This document shows, piece after piece, positions 38,737 to 47,477 of a stretch of 64,000 bases of DNA. Under the pieces are notes generated by a model. It saw only the letters and a program-made list of their open reading frames with translations. It was not told the DNA's origin and did not search any database. Source of the DNA: a virus. Where the stretch lies: positions 22,001 through 86,000 of IMG/VR virus record IMGVR_UViG_3300022939_001737; one strand, written 5' to 3'. How positions within the stretch are numbered: the stretch's first letter is position 1; every line of letters begins with the position of its first letter. The translations under genes were made by a program, and so were the position numbers.

Positions 38737-39516
38737 TTAATAATAAACCACATATACTAGTCCGCCGCCACCCGGCTCACCTCCACAACACTTCGAGTCA
38801 TATTGTTGCGCAGAGTTTCCACCTGATCCTGGAAACGGAGCGTTACCGTACGCACAGGTACAACCGGCGTGCCAGCTTCTACATCCGCCTGGCCCTATTC
38901 TAAATCCACCAGCAGTAAATGGCGCTGTAGCTGTTGCGCTGTGAGCTTGGTCATAGCAATACTGTGTAGGATGGGCTCTTCCGTGTGTGCCCGGAGCACA
39001 AAAATCAAATGTTCCATTTGTACGTCCGCCACAACACCAACACATTGAACAGCATCCGTAACAGTTTTGGAAGTAAAAACACCTTCTGTAAGGACCGAAC
39101 TGTGCTTGACCTCCACACACTCTTGCTAGCCAGGTGCTGCTACCGCCACCACCTTGGTTACAAACGTGTGAACAACATCCGCAACATCCATATTCTGAAC
39201 TTGGGTCCGTACATTTGCCGCTACCAGCAGCACAGATTTGTATATTATCTCCAGGGCATACATTAATGCCTTTTACAGCATATCCTCCAGACGCTGAGCC
39301 GCCACCTTGTTGACAACAACAAACACCAGGCCCGGATCCGCCACCACTCCAAATTTCAAACACTGCATAGCTTACACCTGCTGGTACTGTCCATAAACAA
39401 CAACGACCACCATTTTCCCAGTTACGAGTGCTTGTATTATAAACCATAAACTCATTAGGCTCAATGGTTTCTCCTGCTTGGTATCCAAATAAATAATCTC
39501 TTAAACTTATAGCCAT
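38737..39516 (-). CDS. Cys/Gly-rich fibre-tip (adhesin-like) protein, paralog 3
   Basis: CCLWTVPAGV...FEIW.GGG, ~28 Cys, and GG.GLV.V.Y end. Confidence 0.65.
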   Translation of the reverse strand: MAISLRDYLFGYQAGETIEPNEFMVYNTSTRNWENGGRCCLWTVPAGVSYAVFEIWSGGGSGPGVCCCQQGGGSASGGYAVKGINVCPGDNIQICAAGSGKCTDPSSEYGCCGCCSHVCNQGGGGSSTWLARVCGGQAQFGPYRRCFYFQNCYGCCSMCWCCGGRTNGTFDFCAPGTHGRAHPTQYCYDQAHSATATAPFTAGGFRIGPGGCRSWHAGCTCAYGNAPFPGSGGNSAQQYDSKCCGGEPGGGGLVYVVYY

Positions 39517-39526
39517 ATCGTATTCC

Positions 39527-40279
39527 TTAACTCGCTACCGGATAATATATTGTTACCAATCCGCCTGCGCCATATTGTCCGCAGTATAATGTATTATCGT
39601 GACTTACAGCACTTGCTCCGCCGCCGCCGGGCCAATGTGGATCTCCACCTAGTTGTGTGCCGCAACCCTGACGACAGTAGCTCATTGTTCCTCTGTTACC
39701 TCCTGGTGTAAATGGTGCGCTTGGCATAAATCCGAATGCGTTTTGTGAACAAAAGCTATTTCCTTTTGCACTACCTGACATTCCGCAAAGTCCCATACCG
39801 CCTGTCCAGCTGCCGCAAGCAAATCCTGAGCATCCTTGACAATTACAACCAATCATAAAGTAACAGCGTGTGCCGCCTTGGCCGCCACCGCTTGCACAAG
39901 CAATTACCGAACCACCGTTAACTGCCATAAAACTAGGATTGCCCATACAACCGCAACAGTAACTTTGTGAACATCCTGTAGTTCCCGCTGCACATATTGT
40001 GTATTGTGCGCCTTCTGATACACCTTTTTCAAATTTTCTAGCATAAGAGCCTGAACCACCAGGCCAGCCAGCTCTACAGCAGCACGTTCCTGCGCCGCCG
40101 CCACCGCCGCCCCACATTTCAACAGCAAACCAATTTACACCTGCAGGCACTGTCCATAAGCAGCAAAACCCGCCATTGCTTTGTGTAGTTTTATTTGAGT
40201 TAAAAACGTGAAATTCAGTAAAAGCAACCGAACCTGCTCCACCTTCTCCAACCTGTAGTAGATCTCTTAAACCGGCCAT
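39527..40279 (-). CDS. Cys/Gly-rich fibre-tip (adhesin-like) protein, paralog 2
   Basis: CCLWTVPAGV...EMWGGGG, ~21 Cys, and GAGGLVTIYY. Confidence 0.65.
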   Translation of the reverse strand: MAGLRDLLQVGEGGAGSVAFTEFHVFNSNKTTQSNGGFCCLWTVPAGVNWFAVEMWGGGGGGAGTCCCRAGWPGGSGSYARKFEKGVSEGAQYTICAAGTTGCSQSYCCGCMGNPSFMAVNGGSVIACASGGGQGGTRCYFMIGCNCQGCSGFACGSWTGGMGLCGMSGSAKGNSFCSQNAFGFMPSAPFTPGGNRGTMSYCRQGCGTQLGGDPHWPGGGGASAVSHDNTLYCGQYGAGGLVTIYYPVAS

Positions 40280-40930
40280 TTATTCGCTCCCTGGTTCTCT
40301 TGGCATTTCTACCTTCCACGCTGCAATTTCATCTGCTGTACCATAACCGAATGTAGCAGGTAAATCTCTTAATTTTTGTCTATAATCAATCCACGGTTGC
40401 TTGATTTCATCTGGCATATCTGGAGATATTTTTCCGTCACTGCCTTCTAATGCACCGTTTCTTCCGTTAAGCACATCTTCCCAAGTAAAAGGTTCACCTT
40501 TCATTGGTCCTAGTGTCCAGCTTGAGCCGTCGTGTACTAATTCGTCTTTATTATATGTTTGACTCAGTCTAGCTACTGCTTCAAACTCTATAACTGTACC
40601 GTCTGGTAAAGTTTCTTGTGTAACTGACTCGTCTGCGTATGTAACTTTATCTTCGCAAATGATTCCCATAATCACAGGATCGTCAGCAGCTACTACTTCT
40701 ACTCGTCTATGGTTTACTGGTACAGGTACTTCTGCACCATCTTCCATTGTAGTCAATACAGGTTGTATTTGACTGAATGCTCCAGTATCTTCGTGTACAA
40801 ATATCCAAACTCTGTCTGGTCCTGTATAAGTTGCTGATGCTGTTAGTCCTGCATCTGTGGTAGATGCATACAACTCGTCAGCAATATTGTACGTAAAGTT
40901 TACTGTTGTTTCTGTAATTGGTGTTGGCAT
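40280..40930 (-). CDS. Tail-fibre assembly chaperone-like protein
   Basis: W..V...RN..L..SD....DMP......W.DYRQKLRDLP. Confidence 0.7.
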   Translation of the reverse strand: MPTPITETTVNFTYNIADELYASTTDAGLTASATYTGPDRVWIFVHEDTGAFSQIQPVLTTMEDGAEVPVPVNHRRVEVVAADDPVIMGIICEDKVTYADESVTQETLPDGTVIEFEAVARLSQTYNKDELVHDGSSWTLGPMKGEPFTWEDVLNGRNGALEGSDGKISPDMPDEIKQPWIDYRQKLRDLPATFGYGTADEIAAWKVEMPREPGSE

Positions 40931-40943
40931 CTTTTTCTTTCCT

Positions 40944-41696
40944 TTAAGTATATGAAACTTTTATCATTCCACTAGCACCGTGTTGTCCGTAACAACGTCC
41001 GTCACTACAGGCTCTACCTGTTGATCCAGCACCTGCTGGATTACTAGGAGGTGAACACATATAGTAAACGCCCGATCCTGATGGTTCTTTAGCGCAGTAT
41101 TGTGCAGTTTGTCTATCTGCTTGGAATCCTCCGGAGGTCCAGGTTGATATGTCACTTCTGCAATAACAATTTATATAACTGATGTTTCCTGTTCCGTCCA
41201 TTACAACATCGCCTAAGCCAGTTCCTGATAGTAATCCCCAGCAGCATATATATCCGTAACAAAATCCGCCTCTTGTCATATCAGAGCAGCCGCCGTTTCC
41301 GCCAAGGGCACATCCTATTGTTCCACTTGTTTGTATATCATAAACATAACTTGGTTGCGCTCTAGGTGAGATTCCACAGCAACCATTACAGTCACTTGAT
41401 CCGCCTGCGCAAAGCCTGTATTGACATCCTTCGGCTGTGGCGATAGAAATTTTTGCATATGAACCGCCTGTTGGCATTGTGCCAGCACGTTCACAACATC
41501 TAGCTCCCTGACCTATACCGCCTGATCCCCACATTTCAAATGTAACTCTGGATGTGCCTGCAGGCACTGTCCAAAGGCAGCAACAACCTCCGCTGTTTGC
41601 TCCATTATCATTTAATCTGTGAACATAGAAAACTCTATTAGGATTTCCTATTGACGGCGGTGATTGATCTGAAAGTAGTGTACGTAAACTTGGCAT
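40944..41696 (-). CDS. Cys/Gly-rich fibre-tip (adhesin-like) protein, paralog 1
   Basis: CCCLWTVPAG...FEMWG.GG, ~21 Cys, and G..GMIKVSY. Confidence 0.65.
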   Translation of the reverse strand: MPSLRTLLSDQSPPSIGNPNRVFYVHRLNDNGANSGGCCCLWTVPAGTSRVTFEMWGSGGIGQGARCCERAGTMPTGGSYAKISIATAEGCQYRLCAGGSSDCNGCCGISPRAQPSYVYDIQTSGTIGCALGGNGGCSDMTRGGFCYGYICCWGLLSGTGLGDVVMDGTGNISYINCYCRSDISTWTSGGFQADRQTAQYCAKEPSGSGVYYMCSPPSNPAGAGSTGRACSDGRCYGQHGASGMIKVSYT

Positions 41697-41697
41697 C

Positions 41698-42036
41698 TTA
41701 TGTTCCTGAAATTACCCATCCATATGTAGCGCCAGTGTAAATTAAAATTGGTGCTGAGTTGTTAATGTCTATACTCAAATCATCTGCTGCGCCTTGGATA
41801 TTTGCTCCGTTCCTACCAACAGTAATTGCTGATGAACCTGCATTTCCTCCTACGTCAACAATTTGAACAGTATCTCCGTCTTGTAGTGCTCCGCCATCTG
41901 CTGTAGTATTTGGTAGAGTAACAGTAATGCCTCCGGCAGTACAAAGTACTCTATCATTAACACTTGCGCTATAGCTTACACCGGTAGAAACTGTACTAGT
42001 TGAGTATGTTAAAGTGTTTGTAATGTATCTTCCCAT
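41698..42036 (-). CDS. Small fibre connector domain protein
   Basis: ITVTLP....GD.V.IVD..G......ITV.RNG..I.G...DL...L.Y....GW; start at MGRYIT after late promoter 42059-42065. Confidence 0.6.
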   Translation of the reverse strand: MGRYITNTLTYSTSTVSTGVSYSASVNDRVLCTAGGITVTLPNTTADGGALQDGDTVQIVDVGGNAGSSAITVGRNGANIQGAADDLSIDINNSAPILIYTGATYGWVISGT

Positions 42037-42061
42037 AACAGTTTGTCCTTTATTAATGTAT

Positions 42062-42379
42062 TTATGCAGATGTCTCAATTCCAAAGGCAACGCAACTTAC
42101 GTTAGCTTGAGAGGAATATATGACAATCTTTTGTGTTGCAGCAAGCACTATACCAGTTCTTTCTAGTACGTTTTTGGGTAATAGTTCTGTTTGATATTCT
42201 ATATACTCGCCGTTTGTTGGTGTCGCTAAATCTGCAATTGCTAAATTAACAGTAGTAGGCTGGCTACCCCTGTTAACAATGTTAACACTCGCCACAGTAT
42301 ATGTTTCTGCTGGGCAAGTATAGACAGTTGTATTAGTTGCTGCAGAAATATCTTCACCTGCTAGTCTACCTGTGGCCAT
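42062..42379 (-). CDS. Small beta-sandwich virion protein (paralog family with 53128 and 59926)
   Basis: TVYTCP....V..VNI.N, G.VL...QKI and G.E pattern. Confidence 0.6.
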   Translation of the reverse strand: MATGRLAGEDISAATNTTVYTCPAETYTVASVNIVNRGSQPTTVNLAIADLATPTNGEYIEYQTELLPKNVLERTGIVLAATQKIVIYSSQANVSCVAFGIETSA

Positions 42380-42394
42380 TTTTATATGTCTCCA

Positions 42395-45300
42395 TTATTG
42401 TTGTAAAAAGTAATTCAACGCAACAGGATCACCTGAGATTCCGCCGGTATAATTTACTTTCTGTAATATATTTATCTGAACACCAGTTGTAGTTGTAATT
42501 TCTTGTCCTGAAATAAACACACTACCAGCTGTAATACTGTTGACGTTCAATTCGCCTGCACCACCACCTATCTGTGAAGCGATGTATGTTTTAATTGCCT
42601 TTTGTGTAGGTACAATGTTATCACTGTTAGCAGTAAATGTACCATCTACGCTAAATTCAGTAATTGTTGCACCTGTGCCGCCTAATTCTAATTGTCCTAG
42701 TGTAAGTTCTTGTAGTCCTGAAATATTGAATGCATCTGCATTTAGAGTTGCAATACCAGTTGACTGTTCAACGTTAAACAATCTGCCCACTCTAAAGTTA
42801 CCATCTTGGTCAGTGGATGTGTAGAACACTCTACCACCACCGCCAACAACAACTTCATATTCTGCATCAGGAGAATTCGCTGGTGAGTTAGGGTAGTTTG
42901 TATCAGCAAAGTTACCAGTACCGATATCTAGGAAATCGTGTCCTGTCAAACGTACTTGAGAATAACGTATTCTCATCTCAATCGCTTCAGCGTGTTCAGG
43001 AGCTTCTGTCACTGTCAAATCTGGTGATAGTTGAAGTTGTGCTGTATAAGGACCTGTGCCTTCTAAATCTCTCACAGTAACCAATTTAAAGTATTGATTA
43101 GGCAAGCCACTAAATGTAATATTGGAGCCTGCCTTGGGTTCTTCCGTTAAACCTTCTACTCTTATCAAGTTTCCTGGTTGATATCTATCCATAAAGCCGT
43201 CACCAACAACTTCAGCAGTTGCAGTAGCCATTGCAGTACCTCTACTTGTCCAAGTTGGCTGGCTTAGTACGCCATCTGCAATTCTAACTTCGTGAGGTAC
43301 ATCTACAGTATTGTTTGGATCTACAATTGTCATATTAGGAGCAGTTACATAACCTGTTCCTGGATCCCAAATTGTAATAATTACAATTTTACCATCTTCT
43401 ACTATAGCTCTTCCTTTAGCAGTATCAGCATATAGTCCGCTTCCTGGAGCATCAAAATCTACATATGGTTCAATACTATAGTTTGTGCTATCGTCAAGTG
43501 TTGCTTCAATAGCTGCGCCTGTTAAGTGATCCCAACCTGCTGTACCATCGCTTGCTTTTACAATCGTTGCAACTTTTGTACCAGAATTATATGTATCAAT
43601 TATACCATACTGTCCTGCACCGCGTCCTGCTGTCAAATAAATTACCATTCCTATATACTGACTACTAAGTCTAGAATCAGTGTTAGATAAAGTAATTTGT
43701 GTATTGGTACCAACCTGAGCAACATTTTCAGCACTGATGTAATCTGCGCCGCCAAAATCTTCGTTGGGATCAGTAAGTCTAACTTCAAATACGCCGCCAT
43801 TTGATATATTTGCGTTTGCAACTGATGCACCAAAGCCCTCGCCTGTTACTGTAAATCTTGTAGCATCTCCGACAGTTGCAACATCAAATGTTAGATCTGC
43901 ACCTCCGCCGTTGCCTAGTTGCGCATCAGTGACCGTAATTGTATCTGTAGCAACGTGTCCGCTGCCTCCTTTTAAAATTTGAATTATTGCGCCACCTACA
44001 TCATCAACAACAATTCTAAACTCTTGTCCTGTTCCTGCACCTGAACTAGTACCTGCTACTGTGTATGTGCCGGTTGTTCTATTACTATCTGCTACACCTA
44101 TATTGTTTACAGTAATAATTGCGTCAGTTGCAGTTGTGTAGTCTTGTCCTGCATTCAAATATTCTAATGTTAGTATTTCATTACCATCAGTAAATACTCT
44201 TTGTATTGTTGCATCGAAGTTTCTGTTTGTAACAGTACCAGTAACTGGTACTTCCGTTACATCTACACCTTCAGCAACAGTACCAAATGCACCATAGGAT
44301 GAGTTACCATTTGTAGCACGTATCTTGCCGCCGTTTTCTGCAAGGTAACCAATGTGTGCATAGTATGAGAACACGGAAACAAGTTCTGTTCTACCTAAGT
44401 TTGTACACCATACACCAATGCCATCGCTTACAAGTTGTGTAAAGTCGTTTGCAACAATAGAATCGTTGCCGCCATCGTGTAAATCACCGTCAATTTTACA
44501 TCCAACGCACCCTGTACCGAATGTTGTAACATTTTGCACATAAGGTGATTTGTTTATAATCCACGCATCAACGTGGGCGGGGCCCCAACCTGGATCAAGG
44601 CTAACAAAAGCACCTGCTGTAGGACGTTTAGTACCGTAACCGTTAATAGTGCCTAATGTACCGGTAAGTCCTAATACTGTACAGTTTCTTAAGCCTGTGC
44701 CGTTTCTCACATAGAACATATCTTCAGTCAAGCTACCGTCAACTGCATTTGAATAATAACGTGCATACAGTAAAGATTTATAGTTACCTGTATAAATCAA
44801 ATCGTGTTTAATAGCATCAATGTATCTATGAATGTCTCTTTCGCACTTAGCAACATTATATACATATGCAGGATATGTTGCTGCAATATACGCTGTTACT
44901 TCTGCAACTAAAAAGGCTCTGTTTGCTTCTAAAACTTCTACAGCATAAGTGTAATCTGTTGTTGTGTTAGGAGTGTTTGAACCTGTTGTAGCAGGAACAG
45001 TAGAATCGCCTGTTACACCATTTGCTCTATAATCTATGTAATCATAAATTTGTTGCCAAAGTTCAGCTGCATCTGTGCCAGCCTGAGCAGATCCTGCTGG
45101 ACGAGTTGTATCTTGTGTTTCAGCATTTCCTGCACTTGCTGTTACTGCAACATTGGTTACAACATCGCTTGTAATTGATTGCAGCCTTGAAATAGCATCT
45201 AGCGTATACGGAGTATCTGTACTGTCAACTAAAACTCCTGCTGGTTTAATTCTAGTTGAACGTAATTCGTCTCCTATTACTGCTGTATTTTCAGGAACAA

Positions 45301-47440
45301 TTATTGGAAGGACTTCTTCAAATTCTCCTGTTTTTACAAAAATTGAATTCTGTGGTTTACGCTCTGCCGGAACAGCATCTGTATTGCCCGCTGTAATAGC
45401 ATCAGTTATAATATTAACTAGCGTTTCTAAAGTTGCTTGTGCATCTGCTTCTTCAATTAAAGAACTATCTTGTACTTGCGCAATAGATCCATATTTTGTT
45501 CCTGTGTCAGTGCCTATTAATAAGTCAGACAAAATTGCATCTGCTAATGTTTTAATGTAATTTAAACCGTCTGCTGTCTCTGTAGCATTATCAGCTAGAT
45601 AAGTTTGTCCGTCTGCGCTAAAATATGCTACTGCTGCATCTCTCGAACGCTCGTTACCACCGTGTGATAGATCCCATATTAAAGCGTCAACTACTTGACC
45701 TGTGTCTCTACGACATTTAACTTTGTCGTATACACCTACTAGTGCAGGATATGTTGCATCAATATATTCTACAACTTCTTCCTGGATAAAAGCTCTATTT
45801 TTCTCTAGTAGTTTTTTGGCGTTGTATCTAAGAGCACCTGCTTGTACTTGTTCAGTTGCATAACGAATTGTTTTAAAAGGTCTGTCTAGTGTAACTCCGT
45901 AACTAGGAGCAGGTTCGTCTACGCCGCCGCTGCCTTCTACATAAAATACATTGTTGATAGCACCAAAGTTAGTCCATTCAGGAGCAGTTGCAGTATCGTT
46001 TACTTTTAATACTTGACCTGGTTGTCCTATTCCTAATCTTACAGGTCCTGCGCCGCCATAATAAACTATGTCACCTTCTGTAGTAAGGTTACCTGATTCA
46101 GCACCAGCTGTCAGCAAATTCCAATTGATACCCGTAACATCCTGATCTGGTCTATTTTGTGTAACAGTCTCGTCAGCAGTGTGTGCATATACACAAACAT
46201 AAGTGTTTACACCGTGTTGTACAGAATCGCCCGCGTCGTAGAAAGTACCGTCTGCCCACGTACCTTTCCATTCAAAGCCTTCGTTTAATCTTTCCCAATA
46301 AGTTGTCCACGTTGGATAATTGTCTGTATCGCCAGGTCTTTGAGCTGTGTGTTTTAGAATACACAAATAAGTATAACCGCCTAAACGAACAACATCGCCT
46401 TCAATATACTCACGATTGGTACTATCATCGTCCCAGTCGCCTATAAATTTAAATCCTGTTGTATATAAGTCCCAATCGTCTATATTGTCGCTAGGTTTCT
46501 TTGCTTGGTTATTTGTAATTGCAATATATGAATAACCTCCATATGTAACAAAATCTCCTGGCTGATATGCTTTACCTACACTCCAGGTATCTTCAAATTC
46601 TAGAGATTCAACAAATTGTGCCCAGTTAGATTCGTCTGCTGCTAAATTTGTGCTTCCTGCTGTGTGGTAAGTTGTACAAATCCAAAGTCCGCCACCGTAT
46701 TTCACAACGTCATTAATTCTGTACCTTGTACCAGCAGTCCAATTTGATCTATATTCTATTCCTTTGTGTAGATAATCCCACTTTGATTGATCAGTTTCAA
46801 GGCCGTCTGCAACTGTTGCAGCACTAGTATGTCCTTGGTTGGCAACATACAAAGTTCCGCCGTATCTGACAACATCATTTACTCTATATCTTGTTCCTGG
46901 CAACCAATCATTTGTCCAGTAAAATCCTTCTGAGAAAATATTCCATTTGGCTTGATCTACTTCCAAACCGTCTGCAAGAGTAGCAGCACTTGTATGCTCC
47001 TCGGTACAGATAAAAATTGTACCGTTGTATTTTACAATGTCGTTTATTTTATATCGTGTTGCTATTGCCCAATCAGTTTTATAATCAAAACCTTCTGCAA
47101 ATAAATCCCATTTTGTTTGGTCTAGTTCTAACCCATCTGTAAGATTTGCAGCAGAAGTGTGTGCTTCGTTGGCAATATAAAGGTATCCACCGTATTTTAC
47201 AATGTCATTTACTTTATAATATGTGTTTGTTGTCCAGTCGGATTTCCAATCTGTACCATCTGTAATTTTATTCCAATAGTCAGCTTGGTCAGTTGTAAAT
47301 AAAGCAGGAGCAGTATGACCTGCAATACACACAAACGTATTACCACCATTACGGACTATATCATCCTTGTAGTAGATTGTAGAAGCGGCCCAGTCGCCCT
47401 TCCATATAAATCTAATTCTACCTAACTTAAACTCTGCCAT
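42395..47440 (-). CDS. Giant fibre/spike protein (1681 aa): W-rich repeats, beta-helix-like domain, two KCxRD domains
   Basis: MAEFKLGRIRF.WKG.W; tandem W....Y..ND.V.YGG..Y repeats; SPYVQNVTTFG, ANDFTQ, SQVRLTGHDFLDIGTG and GGGRVFYTSTDQDGNFRVG. Confidence 0.8.
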   Translation of the reverse strand: MAEFKLGRIRFIWKGDWAASTIYYKDDIVRNGGNTFVCIAGHTAPALFTTDQADYWNKITDGTDWKSDWTTNTYYKVNDIVKYGGYLYIANEAHTSAANLTDGLELDQTKWDLFAEGFDYKTDWAIATRYKINDIVKYNGTIFICTEEHTSAATLADGLEVDQAKWNIFSEGFYWTNDWLPGTRYRVNDVVRYGGTLYVANQGHTSAATVADGLETDQSKWDYLHKGIEYRSNWTAGTRYRINDVVKYGGGLWICTTYHTAGSTNLAADESNWAQFVESLEFEDTWSVGKAYQPGDFVTYGGYSYIAITNNQAKKPSDNIDDWDLYTTGFKFIGDWDDDSTNREYIEGDVVRLGGYTYLCILKHTAQRPGDTDNYPTWTTYWERLNEGFEWKGTWADGTFYDAGDSVQHGVNTYVCVYAHTADETVTQNRPDQDVTGINWNLLTAGAESGNLTTEGDIVYYGGAGPVRLGIGQPGQVLKVNDTATAPEWTNFGAINNVFYVEGSGGVDEPAPSYGVTLDRPFKTIRYATEQVQAGALRYNAKKLLEKNRAFIQEEVVEYIDATYPALVGVYDKVKCRRDTGQVVDALIWDLSHGGNERSRDAAVAYFSADGQTYLADNATETADGLNYIKTLADAILSDLLIGTDTGTKYGSIAQVQDSSLIEEADAQATLETLVNIITDAITAGNTDAVPAERKPQNSIFVKTGEFEEVLPIIVPENTAVIGDELRSTRIKPAGVLVDSTDTPYTLDAISRLQSITSDVVTNVAVTASAGNAETQDTTRPAGSAQAGTDAAELWQQIYDYIDYRANGVTGDSTVPATTGSNTPNTTTDYTYAVEVLEANRAFLVAEVTAYIAATYPAYVYNVAKCERDIHRYIDAIKHDLIYTGNYKSLLYARYYSNAVDGSLTEDMFYVRNGTGLRNCTVLGLTGTLGTINGYGTKRPTAGAFVSLDPGWGPAHVDAWIINKSPYVQNVTTFGTGCVGCKIDGDLHDGGNDSIVANDFTQLVSDGIGVWCTNLGRTELVSVFSYYAHIGYLAENGGKIRATNGNSSYGAFGTVAEGVDVTEVPVTGTVTNRNFDATIQRVFTDGNEILTLEYLNAGQDYTTATDAIITVNNIGVADSNRTTGTYTVAGTSSGAGTGQEFRIVVDDVGGAIIQILKGGSGHVATDTITVTDAQLGNGGGADLTFDVATVGDATRFTVTGEGFGASVANANISNGGVFEVRLTDPNEDFGGADYISAENVAQVGTNTQITLSNTDSRLSSQYIGMVIYLTAGRGAGQYGIIDTYNSGTKVATIVKASDGTAGWDHLTGAAIEATLDDSTNYSIEPYVDFDAPGSGLYADTAKGRAIVEDGKIVIITIWDPGTGYVTAPNMTIVDPNNTVDVPHEVRIADGVLSQPTWTSRGTAMATATAEVVGDGFMDRYQPGNLIRVEGLTEEPKAGSNITFSGLPNQYFKLVTVRDLEGTGPYTAQLQLSPDLTVTEAPEHAEAIEMRIRYSQVRLTGHDFLDIGTGNFADTNYPNSPANSPDAEYEVVVGGGGRVFYTSTDQDGNFRVGRLFNVEQSTGIATLNADAFNISGLQELTLGQLELGGTGATITEFSVDGTFTANSDNIVPTQKAIKTYIASQIGGGAGELNVNSITAGSVFISGQEITTTTGVQINILQKVNYTGGISGDPVALNYFLQQ

Positions 47441-47477
47441 TTAAAAACTCCGCTTCTATAATGTATTTATGCATTTC

